Below, one piece after another: positions 30,570 through 40,623 of a stretch of 64,000 nt of DNA. This DNA comes from an uncultured Gammaproteobacteria bacterium (GTDB lineage: Bacteria > Patescibacteriota > Microgenomatia > UBA10105 > UBA927), in contig CAYMYO010000002.1 in the NCBI GenBank assembly GCA_964394685.1, positions 34,148-98,147 of the forward strand, in the 5' to 3' direction. The position numbers were made by a program, and so were the translations under genes. The notes under the pieces were generated by a model, which saw only the letters and a list, made by a program, of their open reading frames with translations, was not told the origin of the DNA and did not search any database. Within the stretch, counting starts at the first letter, position 1. The number at the start of each line of letters is the position of its first letter.

Positions 30570-31499
30570 ATGGATATCCTGCTTATAGTTCTTGCAATTG
30601 TTGTTGGATTCATTCTTTTATATATTTTACTTCGTTTTGAACGCATCAATCAAGCAGTATCAGATTCAATACGCGGTCAAACCGGCGATGTAGCTAAAAT
30701 GCTGCAGATGAACACGCGACAGCTCAATGAACGTTTGGACACTGCTTCACAGGTCATCGGAGATCTCAAAAAAAATCTCGGAGAAATGAGCGAAGTCGGG
30801 AAAGGGATCAGAAGTCTTCAGGAATTTCTGCAGTCCCCAAAACTACGGGGCAATATCGGTGAACAGGTGCTGGCTGACATGATCGGTCAGACATTTCCTA
30901 AAAAATCATTTCATCTGCAATACGCGTTCAGGTCAGGAGTAAAAGTGGATGCGGTGTTAGAAACTGATGCAGGACTTCTCTGTATTGATTCCAAATTTCC
31001 CATGGAAAACTTTACGATTATGCATAAAGGAGAGACAGAGTTGGAACGGAACCAGGCAAAAAAAGATTTTGTGAGCGACGTAAAAAAACATATCACGGAT
31101 ATTTCAAAAAAATATATTCTCCCTGAAGAAGGAACCATGGATTTTGCTCTTATGTATATCCCATCAGAATCAGTGTATTACGAGATAGCAAACAACCAGC
31201 CGCTCATGGACATGTCACGGGAGAGCAGGGTGTATCCTGTTTCTCCCAACACACTCTATGCGCATCTTCAGGTGCTACTTTTGTCTTTTCAGGGAAAAGA
31301 GCTGGAAGAACAGTCAAAAGAGGTATTTCGGATACTAAGAGCCATGCAAAAAGATTATGAAAAAGTTGATGAAGCAATTGGAACACTCGGAAAGCATGTA
31401 ACGAATGCATATAACAGCATGAGCACGGTTGCGACCAATGTCGCGCAGCTCGGGCAAAAGCTGGACCGCACGAAGAAAATCTCCGCTCCAGAAAGCTGA
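30570..31499 (+). CDS. rmuC: DNA recombination protein RmuC
   Basis: RGNIGEQ, IDSKFP, KYILP...TMDFALMYIPSE and VSPNTL motifs. Confidence 0.93.
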   Translation: MDILLIVLAIVVGFILLYILLRFERINQAVSDSIRGQTGDVAKMLQMNTRQLNERLDTASQVIGDLKKNLGEMSEVGKGIRSLQEFLQSPKLRGNIGEQVLADMIGQTFPKKSFHLQYAFRSGVKVDAVLETDAGLLCIDSKFPMENFTIMHKGETELERNQAKKDFVSDVKKHITDISKKYILPEEGTMDFALMYIPSESVYYEIANNQPLMDMSRESRVYPVSPNTLYAHLQVLLLSFQGKELEEQSKEVFRILRAMQKDYEKVDEAIGTLGKHVTNAYNSMSTVATNVAQLGQKLDRTKKISAPES

Positions 31500-31521
31500 T
31501 TTTGGTGTATACTAAAGCTCT

Positions 31522-32778
31522 ATGCTTCATAAAGTAAAAGAGCAAATAGGCAGCTTTCTCCCAGCGCTCCGGTCCAAAAATTACCGGCTGTATTTTATTG
31601 GTCAGGGAATATCTCTTATTGGCAGTTGGATGCAGATGATAGCGGAACAATGGCTTGTGTATCCAATTTTGACAACAAACAAATCGCTTTTGGGTATCAT
31701 CGGCGCAGTGGGAATGCTTCCAATGCTTGTTTTTGTTCTGTTTGCGGGAGTACTTGTTGATCGGATAAATAAACGGAATGTTTTTTTGCTGTTTCAATAT
31801 GTATATACCGCAATTGCAATTTCGTTATTTTTTCTTATTGCTACGCATCAGATACAACTCTGGCATATATTTGTCGCGGCACTTGTTAGTGGCACTATTT
31901 TGGCATTTGAAAGTCCAACCAGGATGATCTTTGTCATGGATTTGGTTGAGAAAAAAGATCTACCAAGCGCTCTTGCACTCAACCAGGCAATGTTTAACAG
32001 CGCTCGGGCAGTTGGCCCCGCCTTGGCAGGATTTACGATTGCAGCAATCGGTATTGCTCCGACATATTTAGCAAACGGACTCAGCTTTTTTGCGGTGATA
32101 GCAAGTATTTACATGATGCGGTTTCCGAAAATGGAGAATGTCGCTATTCAACATCCGCCGATTCTCAAAGGACTCAAAGAGGGATTTCAATTTATCGGTG
32201 ATCACAAAATATATATCGCGCTTTTGGGGATTGTCGGCATTTTGACATTTTTTTCCTGGCCGATAGCGACCATTCTTCCGGTGTTTGCCCACGATATCTA
32301 TAAAACAGGAGAAGTAGGATTTGGACTATTACAAAGCGCATTTGGCATTGGTGCGGTGTTTGCCGGTTTATCATTTCATACACTGTATGGAAAAGTGACA
32401 AAAAAATATCTGCTTATATATATCGGTATGGCGGTAACAGTGCTGGTATTTAGTGTATTTGCGTGGAGTCCTTGGTTTTGGATGGCACTCGTTACTCAGA
32501 TGTTCGGTGGATGGGCAATATCAACTACCTATGCGACTGCAAATACATTAATTGTGACGACAATTCCCCAAGAATTCCGCGGACGCATGATGAGTATCTA
32601 TATGTTTGTGTTTATGGGCGGTATGCCGTTTGGAGCACTCCTTTCAAGCGGTCTTGTACATCTTGTCGGTGCCCGAATGACTGTCTTTCTTTGCGCGACC
32701 GCAATCCTTGTCGCCGGACTGACCCTCATTCTTTCCCTACGCGAAAAACTCCAAAGCAAAATCATGACAATGGTATAA
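31522..32778 (+). CDS. MFS transporter (MFS_3-like)
   Basis: YFIGQGISLIGSWMQ and RGRMMSIY motifs; 12 TM helices. Confidence 0.9.
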   Translation: MLHKVKEQIGSFLPALRSKNYRLYFIGQGISLIGSWMQMIAEQWLVYPILTTNKSLLGIIGAVGMLPMLVFVLFAGVLVDRINKRNVFLLFQYVYTAIAISLFFLIATHQIQLWHIFVAALVSGTILAFESPTRMIFVMDLVEKKDLPSALALNQAMFNSARAVGPALAGFTIAAIGIAPTYLANGLSFFAVIASIYMMRFPKMENVAIQHPPILKGLKEGFQFIGDHKIYIALLGIVGILTFFSWPIATILPVFAHDIYKTGEVGFGLLQSAFGIGAVFAGLSFHTLYGKVTKKYLLIYIGMAVTVLVFSVFAWSPWFWMALVTQMFGGWAISTTYATANTLIVTTIPQEFRGRMMSIYMFVFMGGMPFGALLSSGLVHLVGARMTVFLCATAILVAGLTLILSLREKLQSKIMTMV

Positions 32779-33675
32779 CTATTCTCTTTTTTTCAGCCAC
32801 TTAACAACAGTTTCTACTAGTTCATCTTCTCTTCCCAAAAAATTATGAACAGCATTTTTTATAACAAATGCACTGAAATCTTTTGAGGCAGTTCTTTCTC
32901 TAATAAGTTCTATAGCTTTTTTTTGTTCTATTCCTGTAGCTACATCATTCTCCGGATTAATCACGACGATAGGAAGTTTTATTTTGTTAAAATTTTTGTA
33001 TTCTTTCTCCGGATGCGTTCCGTTGAAAACAAAACAGTTATTGTTCGGATTTGTATAATTCCAGAAAGTAGCTGCAGAAATCGGACAATTACTCCAGAGA
33101 CGAATAGGCATTAAATCCTTTCCTTTTCCGTCGTCAATCATACGTTTGGCAATCAGAGAATATTTTGGCCAATCAGTGATGCTAGAGTCGAACTGATAAT
33201 GAACATCTGCGGTGGTTAATAAAATTATTTTCGACACCGGATGATCGGGAATATTTACTAAATAATAACAAATTTTGTGAGGACCCAAGCTGTGTCCTTG
33301 TAAAATAATTTCAGAATAACCTAAGTTTTGAACATAACTGATTACACCCTGAAGATCATATACAGAGTCTTCAAGAATATCGAACATTGAACCACCCTGT
33401 TCCCAAATGAAACCAGTTGAAGTTTTTTTAATTAGATCCGCCATATAATCATGTCCGCGATTGTTGAATGTAAGAAACGCATACCCGTTGCGCGGGTAAT
33501 TCTCTCCCATTATTGTTACAAAATGATTTTGAATAAAATGTCCTTCTTTTCCGTGGACATGAACTATTATTTTGTTAGATGGTTTTGGAGGTTCGAAAAG
33601 AATGCAATCGAGTTCGATACCGTCAGTAGAATACGTTTTGTGCAGGGTAACTTGAGAAGCATGATGAATTTTCAT
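32779..33675 (-). CDS. Alpha/beta hydrolase (DUF1749-like)
   Basis: HVHG, NNRGH, GHSLG and AVHNF motifs. Confidence 0.85.
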   Translation of the reverse strand: MKIHHASQVTLHKTYSTDGIELDCILFEPPKPSNKIIVHVHGKEGHFIQNHFVTIMGENYPRNGYAFLTFNNRGHDYMADLIKKTSTGFIWEQGGSMFDILEDSVYDLQGVISYVQNLGYSEIILQGHSLGPHKICYYLVNIPDHPVSKIILLTTADVHYQFDSSITDWPKYSLIAKRMIDDGKGKDLMPIRLWSNCPISAATFWNYTNPNNNCFVFNGTHPEKEYKNFNKIKLPIVVINPENDVATGIEQKKAIELIRERTASKDFSAFVIKNAVHNFLGREDELVETVVKWLKKRE

Positions 33676-33761
33676 AATAGCAATTATAACATTTTTAGTT
33701 TTGCATCGTAATTTCATTGCCAACTCAAATAATTTCTAACCGGTGCTATAATCGTTTAAGA

Positions 33762-36629
33762 ATGAAATCACTATCTTCGCAAGAAAGAATTTTAAATAAA
33801 GAACAGAGAAAAGCCGTTCGGTTTGGGAGTGGGCCGCTTTTGATTATCGCAGGCGCGGGCACCGGAAAAACAACAGTGATAACGGAACGGATCAAATATC
33901 TGATTTTATCTAAAAAAGCACATCCTCAAGAAATTCTCGCCCTCACGTTTACGGAAAAAGCGTCCCGAGAAATGGAAGAGCGGATTGATTTGGCAATGCC
34001 ATACGGAACCACACAAATGTGGATCTCAACATTTCATGCATTTTGCGACCGAATACTTCGAAATGAAAGTCTTGCGATAGGGCTGGATCCAAATTATAAA
34101 CTCATGGGGGAAGCAGAGACCATTCAGTTTTATAAAGATCATCTCTTTGATTTCACCTTATCGTATTTCCGCCCGCTCGGAAATCCGACGAAATTTATTT
34201 CCGGCATGCTCCAACATTTTAATAGGCTGAAAGATGAAGACATAGATCCGACTACATATATTTCCTGGGTACAGAAACAAAAAGCATTTGAAAGCGAGGA
34301 AAAGAATAAATACATAGAATTAGCCAACGCATACAGGAAATACGAAGAATTAAAAATAAAAGAGAGTGTGGTTGATTATTCGGATCTTATCGCTAATACT
34401 CTCAAATTATTCCGCTCACGTAAAAAAATTCTTGAGGGATACCAAAAACAATTTAAATATATTTTGATTGATGAATTTCAGGATACGAATATTGCGCAGA
34501 ACGAACTGGCAATCCTTTTAGCTGGCAAAAGGCAGAATCTTACCGTTGTTTTCGATGACGATCAAAGTATTTATAAATTCCGCGGGAGTTCAATGTCAAA
34601 TACCATGCAATTTACAAAACGATTCAAAAAGTCGAAGATTATTGTTCTCACCAAAAACTACCGTTCGAGTCAGGAAATTCTTGATAGGTCCTATGACCTT
34701 ATTCAGCATAATAATCCGGATCGGTTGGAGGTTGTTGAAAAAATAAATAAGAGACTTGAATGTATTCGAAGAGTAAACGGAGAAAAAATTGAAGTACTCT
34801 ATACAGAGCGGGTTGAGGATGAAGCGGAAGCGGTGGCAAAAGAAATTAAAAAAACGATTGAACACGGTAGTACTTACAAAGATATCGCGATTCTAGTGCG
34901 TGCGAACAATCACGCAGAACCATTTGTTCGGGCACTATCGAGAGCCGGTATTCCATATCAATTCTTAGGCCCCGGGCAGCTATTTAAGCAACCAGAAGTA
35001 AAAGACATCATCGCATATTTAAAAGTACTCTATGATATCCACGATAGTGTTGCCATGTACCGGGTGCTTACCATGGACGTATTCAAGATATCTCCTCGGG
35101 ATGTCGCTGAAATTGTCTCCTATGCAAAACAACACGCAATTTCCATTTTTTCAGCCTGTGAAGAACAACAAGAAAAGATTTTGACAGTAAAACCAGTGGT
35201 TGCGATGATTTATAAACATCTCGGGCTCATTAAAAACGAAACTGCTGGACAGATTGCCTATTACTTTTTACAAGAATCCGGATTATTAAAAGAATTTACC
35301 ACCATTGATACCACAAAAGAACAGCGTAAAGCTGAAAATATCGCAGCGTTTTTCGATAAACTCAAAACATATGAAGTTGATCACGATGACGCAAGTATCT
35401 TTCGTGTTGTTGACTGGCTTGATTTGTCCATGGATCTTGGAGAATCACCACGTGCTGTCAATTCCGATTGGAATGAGGTAGATGCGGTGAACATATTGAC
35501 AATCCATTCAGCAAAAGGTCTGGAATTCCCAATTGTATTTTTGGTCAACCTTGTAAGCGCCCGGTTTCCAACAAATGAGCGTCATGAACAAATTCCCATT
35601 CCTGACGAGCTTGTGAAAGAAATTCTTCCTGTTGGAGACTATCATCTTGAAGAAGAACGCAGACTTTTTTACGTCGGGATGACGCGGGCACGGGATATGT
35701 TATACATGACCGGAGCCCAGTTTTATGGTGACGGAAAACGCGAGAAAAAAATTTCACCATTCGTCGAAGAAGCGATAGGAGAAAAACCCTCCTTCTCCGC
35801 CAGCTGGCGGATTCGGGCGAGCAAGCAACTTTTTCTTATTGATTGGAAACAAGAAAAAGAATCACAGAAAAAAATAACTACACCTCCGGTATCGTATCTT
35901 TGGTATACACATATAGAATCATTTCGCAGGTGCCCCTTGCAATATAAATACCGGTACGTTATCAAAATCCCTGTTCCAACATCGGCGGTTCTTGGGTTTG
36001 GGGATATCATGCATAAAACCATGCAGGAGTTTTATCAACAAGTGATGAAAGGAAAACATCCGACAAAAGAAACGCTTCTTTTAATCTATGAAAATAAATG
36101 GTCCGCCAGTGGGCGGATTGGTTTTAAGATTGAAACATATGAAAAAGAAATGAAGAAACACGGTGAAGAACTTCTTAAAGAATATTTTGTAAAGGGATAT
36201 GACCAAAAAACTAAAACAATTGCAGTAGAACAGAGATTTAAGATTAAAATCTCAAACGAGATTACTCTTGGAGGAAGAATTGACAGAGTTGATAGAAAAC
36301 CTGACGGATCCTTGGAGATCATTGACTATAAAACAGGTGCTGCACCAAAAAAGCGAGATGTATCAGAAGATTTTCAGCTGTCTCTGTACGCGCTTGCGGC
36401 TACTGACAAAGGAGTGTTCGGAGAAATATCAGAGAATATCATGGTTTCATTTTATTTTTTCGAAGGTCAGGAGTGCATGAGCGCGACACGGTCAAAAGAA
36501 CAGTTAGAAAAAGTAAAAGATGAGATAGTGAGTACTGCACAGGCAATGGGAACAAGTGAATTTCAACCAACACAAGGAATGTACTGCGCGTTTTGTGAAT
36601 TCAGGCTTTTGTGTGAGGCGTGGAAGTGA
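33762..36629 (+). CDS. UvrD-family helicase fused to a PD-(D/E)xK nuclease with Fe-S cysteines (AdnAB-like)
   Basis: AGAGTGKT, DEFQD, TIHSAKGLEF, GRIDRVD...IIDYKTG and C...CxxC-x5-C motifs. Confidence 0.92.
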   Translation: MKSLSSQERILNKEQRKAVRFGSGPLLIIAGAGTGKTTVITERIKYLILSKKAHPQEILALTFTEKASREMEERIDLAMPYGTTQMWISTFHAFCDRILRNESLAIGLDPNYKLMGEAETIQFYKDHLFDFTLSYFRPLGNPTKFISGMLQHFNRLKDEDIDPTTYISWVQKQKAFESEEKNKYIELANAYRKYEELKIKESVVDYSDLIANTLKLFRSRKKILEGYQKQFKYILIDEFQDTNIAQNELAILLAGKRQNLTVVFDDDQSIYKFRGSSMSNTMQFTKRFKKSKIIVLTKNYRSSQEILDRSYDLIQHNNPDRLEVVEKINKRLECIRRVNGEKIEVLYTERVEDEAEAVAKEIKKTIEHGSTYKDIAILVRANNHAEPFVRALSRAGIPYQFLGPGQLFKQPEVKDIIAYLKVLYDIHDSVAMYRVLTMDVFKISPRDVAEIVSYAKQHAISIFSACEEQQEKILTVKPVVAMIYKHLGLIKNETAGQIAYYFLQESGLLKEFTTIDTTKEQRKAENIAAFFDKLKTYEVDHDDASIFRVVDWLDLSMDLGESPRAVNSDWNEVDAVNILTIHSAKGLEFPIVFLVNLVSARFPTNERHEQIPIPDELVKEILPVGDYHLEEERRLFYVGMTRARDMLYMTGAQFYGDGKREKKISPFVEEAIGEKPSFSASWRIRASKQLFLIDWKQEKESQKKITTPPVSYLWYTHIESFRRCPLQYKYRYVIKIPVPTSAVLGFGDIMHKTMQEFYQQVMKGKHPTKETLLLIYENKWSASGRIGFKIETYEKEMKKHGEELLKEYFVKGYDQKTKTIAVEQRFKIKISNEITLGGRIDRVDRKPDGSLEIIDYKTGAAPKKRDVSEDFQLSLYALAATDKGVFGEISENIMVSFYFFEGQECMSATRSKEQLEKVKDEIVSTAQAMGTSEFQPTQGMYCAFCEFRLLCEAWK
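35787..35825. repeat. Nested element: family C palindrome inside a family G shell, in the helicase-nuclease linker
   Basis: CCCTCCTTC[TCCGCCAGCTGGCGGA]TTCGGGCGAGCAAG. Confidence 0.8.
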
Positions 36630-37535
36630 TTAATTCTTGTCATGCTGAACTCGTTTCAGCATCTGTCTGAAAACAGCTGGGATCCCGAAACAAGTTCGGG
36701 ATGACAAAATAGCTGAAATAGGGTAATAGAGTGAAGCTCCTCCAAAACCCTCTTTAAATTTCGTAAATCCTTTCCATTCGAAAAATTGCTTTGGCTTTCG
36801 TTCATCCCATACACCAATAAAGTCAAATACGGTACACTTTCGCTTTTTTCCAATTTTAAGCGCATGCCATATAAGAAGTGTCGGCGCAAATAGCCTTTTT
36901 CCTTCATGAGTTGCTCCAGCAATCCAATAAAACGCAGTGTTATTCCAAAATAGTAACAATATGCCGGCAACGACGCGATCAGTATTGGTTTTAGCAAGAA
37001 GAATCGTCGCGTGTTTTGGATAGAATAATTTCCAAAGACGGTCAATGCCATGCGTGGTAATGCCACCAAACATTCCCGCGCCCTTGGATTTAATAGCTAT
37101 TAAATCGTTAATATCATGAGACTCTACAATCGTAAGGTTATTTTTTTCCGCTTTCCGAACAGCCCTGCGTTTAGCAGATGTAAATTTGGAAAATAGTTCT
37201 TTTGTACTTCCTGATAGGTCAATAACAATAGTTTTCGTTGGAATAAATGGGGAAGTCATGATGTGAAAAAACTTCGAAAGAGATGAAAGATATTTATTAA
37301 ATTCTTCTTGCGATACATCTTCTTTCGGTTCAACACTTAGTTGAGTTACGCGGAGTTTTTTTAGTGTCATAACCATTTTTGGGAGATAGGGAAGATGTTC
37401 AGGTCGTTGAAGCTTTGCAAGAGTTCCAATGAGCGGAATGCGGCGGTAAAAAATAGCAGTGCCATCAATAGTCGCTACGTTCCAATGCAATGCTTTAATA
37501 TACGCTTGATAAAGAGAGGATTGTTGCAGTTCCAT
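36630..37535 (-). CDS. FemAB/FemX-like peptidoglycan bridge aminoacyltransferase
   Basis: KTIVIDL, APTLLIW, FDFIG and GFTKFKEGFGG motifs. The tail derives from a repeat. Confidence 0.85.
   Translation of the reverse strand: MELQQSSLYQAYIKALHWNVATIDGTAIFYRRIPLIGTLAKLQRPEHLPYLPKMVMTLKKLRVTQLSVEPKEDVSQEEFNKYLSSLSKFFHIMTSPFIPTKTIVIDLSGSTKELFSKFTSAKRRAVRKAEKNNLTIVESHDINDLIAIKSKGAGMFGGITTHGIDRLWKLFYPKHATILLAKTNTDRVVAGILLLFWNNTAFYWIAGATHEGKRLFAPTLLIWHALKIGKKRKCTVFDFIGVWDERKPKQFFEWKGFTKFKEGFGGASLYYPISAILSSRTCFGIPAVFRQMLKRVQHDKN
36638..36706. repeat. Family A 69-bp element read through by the femAB-like C-terminus
   Basis: TGTCATGCTGAACTCG...CGGGATGACA. Confidence 0.92.
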
Positions 37536-37544
37536 AATTTTTCT

Positions 37545-37613
37545 TGTCATCCCGAATTTATTTCGGGATCCCATCCGTTTTCAGATGGATGCTGAAACAA
37601 GTTCAGCATGACA
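37545..37613. repeat. Family A 69-bp element
   Basis: TGTCATCCCGAA...TTCAGCATGACA. Confidence 0.92.
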
Positions 37614-37622
37614 ATACACAAG

Positions 37623-38555
37623 TTATTTCAGCATCTTTAATATTCCCCATCTTATGGAATCAGTAATACAGTAAATACGATATAAGAAAGGCTTGAGAAC
37701 AAGATCATAAGATCCGACAAATTCAATAAGTTTTGGAGAAAAGCCCGCTTTAAACCTGTGGAATCCATACCACGGATCTTTTGGGTCTGGTCCGCCAGCT
37801 GGCGGAGGACCAATTGCTCCCCACAGATCAAATGCTTGAAGTCCTTTGGACTTTCCCCATTTTATTAATTCCCATAGTAACAGGTTTGGCGCCATAACTT
37901 CACGATGTTCCCTTAAAGATGCTCCGTATGGATAGTACATAACACCTTCGTGAATAAATATAACCCATGCGGCAACTATTATATTGTTATATTTGGCTGT
38001 CCACAGAGTTGCAATTCCAGCCTTGTGCATAATGTTCCACATTGTTCGTGTGTATGTTTCGTTGTGTGCATAAAATCCTTGTCTGCTTGTTGTTTCGTAA
38101 GAAAGCTTCATATAGGTTTCAAATGCATTCTCGCTATTATCTTCTTGGATTTTTACATTATATTTTTGGGCTATTTTTATGTTGTATCTTGTTTTTGGAT
38201 GCATGGCTTTCAGAAGGTCTTCCTCAGATTTTGTCAGATCAATCACAAACGTATATTTGGTAAATAGAGGATGATGACTGGGGATAAAGTATTTTGTATT
38301 TTGTATTTTGTATTTTGTATTTTGTATGACATTTGGCTCTATTTGTATAAATATTGCATGTTTTTGTTTTCCTAATAGTATTAATTCTTCTATCATCTTT
38401 TTTGTTGGGTTGGGGCCTTTGGGAAAAAAGCCAATAGTGAATGGAGTGTAAGGGATGCGGTGAAAAGAAATATACCAAGCATAGAGCTTCACAACATCGA
38501 CTCCCATTGCTTTTCTAAATTCTGCCCACGCTTTTGTTTGAAGTGGATGAGTCAT
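37623..38555 (-). CDS. FemAB/FemX family peptidoglycan bridge aminoacyltransferase
   Basis: HPLQTKAW, KTRYNI, YYPYGAS and GFHRFKAGF motifs. Confidence 0.92.
   Translation of the reverse strand: MTHPLQTKAWAEFRKAMGVDVVKLYAWYISFHRIPYTPFTIGFFPKGPNPTKKMIEELILLGKQKHAIFIQIEPNVIQNTKYKIQNTKYFIPSHHPLFTKYTFVIDLTKSEEDLLKAMHPKTRYNIKIAQKYNVKIQEDNSENAFETYMKLSYETTSRQGFYAHNETYTRTMWNIMHKAGIATLWTAKYNNIIVAAWVIFIHEGVMYYPYGASLREHREVMAPNLLLWELIKWGKSKGLQAFDLWGAIGPPPAGGPDPKDPWYGFHRFKAGFSPKLIEFVGSYDLVLKPFLYRIYCITDSIRWGILKMLK
37791..37806. repeat. Family C palindrome TCCGCCAGCTGGCGGA, in frame (PPAGG)
   Basis: Perfect 16-nt palindrome. Confidence 0.88.
38289..38327. repeat. Heptamer tandem array (GTATTTT)x5.6 in femAB
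   Basis: Encodes IQNTKYKIQNTKY. Confidence 0.92.
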
Positions 38556-38575
38556 AGTGATATTATACAACTAGT

Positions 38576-38755
38576 ATGAAAAAACATACTTCTTCTTGGT
38601 TTCCCTTTCTCGATACGCGTATATTTCCTGGTATTATTTCTTTCAAATGTGTAAAAGGTCCATGTAGGTTTTTCTTACAGATGGAAATCATACTATCGCT
38701 TCTTGTTGTTATCGGAACATGTTTGTTAATTATTGTGAAGTATTTACCTCGTTAA
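38576..38755 (+). CDS. Putative 59-aa tail-anchored membrane protein (not in the ORF track)
   Basis: Manually translated MKKHTSSW...IILSLLVVIGTCLLIIVKYLPR; fills the intergenic gap exactly. Confidence 0.55.
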   Translation: MKKHTSSWFPFLDTRIFPGIISFKCVKGPCRFFLQMEIILSLLVVIGTCLLIIVKYLPR

Positions 38756-40605
38756 AGGAGCATGTCGTCTTCATGAAATCCATGTGTTGCATCGATAGAA
38801 ACGTGTTTTTCAAGAATATGCTCCGGAATATCAGAAATAAATCGCGAGATCATGTTTTGTGTTCTTGTTCCGAAGAATAGTCTTCTGTTTGCATAGGTCA
38901 GATATAACCGTTCTTTTGCCCGTGTTATCCCTACATAACATAGTCTCCTCTCTTCCTCGAGTTCATCCCGGTCCATGAGCGCCCGCGCGTGGGGAAACAA
39001 TCCTTCTTCCATGCCAACAATATAGACAATCGGGAATTCCAACCCCTTCGCAGCATGCAATGTCATCATTGTAACAGCATTGCGTTGTCTATCATCCTTA
39101 ATTTTATTGCTATATTTCTCTTCAAGAAGCGCTACTGTTTCCAAAAACTCTGATAACACTGGATATTCAGTAGCAACGGACCTGAGTTCTTTAATGTTTT
39201 CAAGTCGTGTTGCTTCTTCTTCAACGTTGGCATCATAGAGCTCTAGATAGCAAGTTGTGTTGAGAACTTTATCCATAAGTTCAAGTGTGCTAAATGATAT
39301 GAGTTTTGCATCTGTTTTCACTGTTTGAGAAAACGTGACAAATTTTTTTAATCGTCCTAACCCAAGTTTTTCAATGCGTCTATAGGAAACAGTATCTTTT
39401 GGGTTAGCAAGAACCTTTAGATACGCAAGTACGTCTTTAATTTCTTTCCGGTCATAAAATCTAGTTCCTCCGACAAGAACATAAGGAACGCCAGCGCGTA
39501 AAAACGCTTCTTCAAGAACTCTTGATTGCGCATTCGTTCTGTAGAGAATTGCATGGTCGGTATATGGACGATTTGCCTGAAGAATTGTCGTAACAATAAA
39601 TGAAGCCTCGTCGTGTTCAGTTCTCGCTTCGTAGAGCACTACTTGATCACCACCGTGTTTATCAGTCCATAATGTTAATATTGGATGAGATGTATTTTTG
39701 GAAATAATGTTTGTAGCTGCATCCAAAATAGTTTGTGAAGACCGATAATTTTGTTCCAAGTGAAACTCCTTGATGTCTTTAAAATCGTGTTTGAAGTTCG
39801 TAATATTACGAAAATCTGCCCCCCGAAACCTGTAAATACTTTGTGATGCATCACCAACAACTGTAATGTTTTTATGACGTTTGGATAGCATCGTAGTAAG
39901 AGTGTATTGCGCGTGATTGGTATCTTGGTATTCATCAATAAGAATATACATATATTGTTCTTGATATACCCCAAGCACATCAGGATGTTTGGTAAATAAT
40001 TCAACAGTTTTTGAAAGTAAATCATCAAAATCAAGCGCATTATTTTCGATGAGTTTTTTTTGGTAAAGAAGATAGACACGAGCAACAGTTTCCTGAAAGT
40101 AGCCGCGAGCAAACTGGGGATATTCAAGGGGTCCTATCAACTCGTTTTTTGCTTCTGAGATAGTTGTCGCGATGGCGTGAGGTTTGAAGTCTTTTGTCGA
40201 TATATCTGCTTCTTTCATAACATCTTTTATTACATCGAGCTGATCTTGTTCGTCATAAATAGTAAAATTAATAGGAATGCCCATGTGTTTCCCGTCACGC
40301 CTCAAAATTTTTGCGCAAATTGAATGAAACGTACCCATCAAAGGGAAACCAATTGACAATTGACAGTTAACAAGTAACAGATTTTTGATCCGGTCTTTCA
40401 TTTCTCCTGCTGCTTTATTGGTAAAGGTGACCATGAGAATGCGGTCGGGGTCAACCTGTTTTTCAAATATAAGATAGGCTACTTTATAAGTGAGTACTCT
40501 GGTTTTTCCACTGCCGGCTCCTGCTAATATAAGCACCGGTCCGTCAGTAGCAATAACAGCTTTTTGTTGATCGCGGTTCAGTTCATTGAGGAGCGCGCTT
40601 GTCAT
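38752..40605 (-). CDS. pcrA: ATP-dependent DNA helicase PcrA/UvrD
   Basis: AGAGSGKT, DEYQDTN, YRTNAQSR and TLHAAKGLEF motifs. Confidence 0.96.
   Translation of the reverse strand: MTSALLNELNRDQQKAVIATDGPVLILAGAGSGKTRVLTYKVAYLIFEKQVDPDRILMVTFTNKAAGEMKDRIKNLLLVNCQLSIGFPLMGTFHSICAKILRRDGKHMGIPINFTIYDEQDQLDVIKDVMKEADISTKDFKPHAIATTISEAKNELIGPLEYPQFARGYFQETVARVYLLYQKKLIENNALDFDDLLSKTVELFTKHPDVLGVYQEQYMYILIDEYQDTNHAQYTLTTMLSKRHKNITVVGDASQSIYRFRGADFRNITNFKHDFKDIKEFHLEQNYRSSQTILDAATNIISKNTSHPILTLWTDKHGGDQVVLYEARTEHDEASFIVTTILQANRPYTDHAILYRTNAQSRVLEEAFLRAGVPYVLVGGTRFYDRKEIKDVLAYLKVLANPKDTVSYRRIEKLGLGRLKKFVTFSQTVKTDAKLISFSTLELMDKVLNTTCYLELYDANVEEEATRLENIKELRSVATEYPVLSEFLETVALLEEKYSNKIKDDRQRNAVTMMTLHAAKGLEFPIVYIVGMEEGLFPHARALMDRDELEEERRLCYVGITRAKERLYLTYANRRLFFGTRTQNMISRFISDIPEHILEKHVSIDATHGFHEDDMLL
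40351..40378. repeat. Degenerate heptamer array (AATTGAC)x4 in pcrA
   Basis: AATTGAC AATTGAC AGTTAAC AAGTAAC, encoding LLVNCQLSI. Confidence 0.7.
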
Positions 40606-40623
40606 AGAGTATAATCTTATCAT

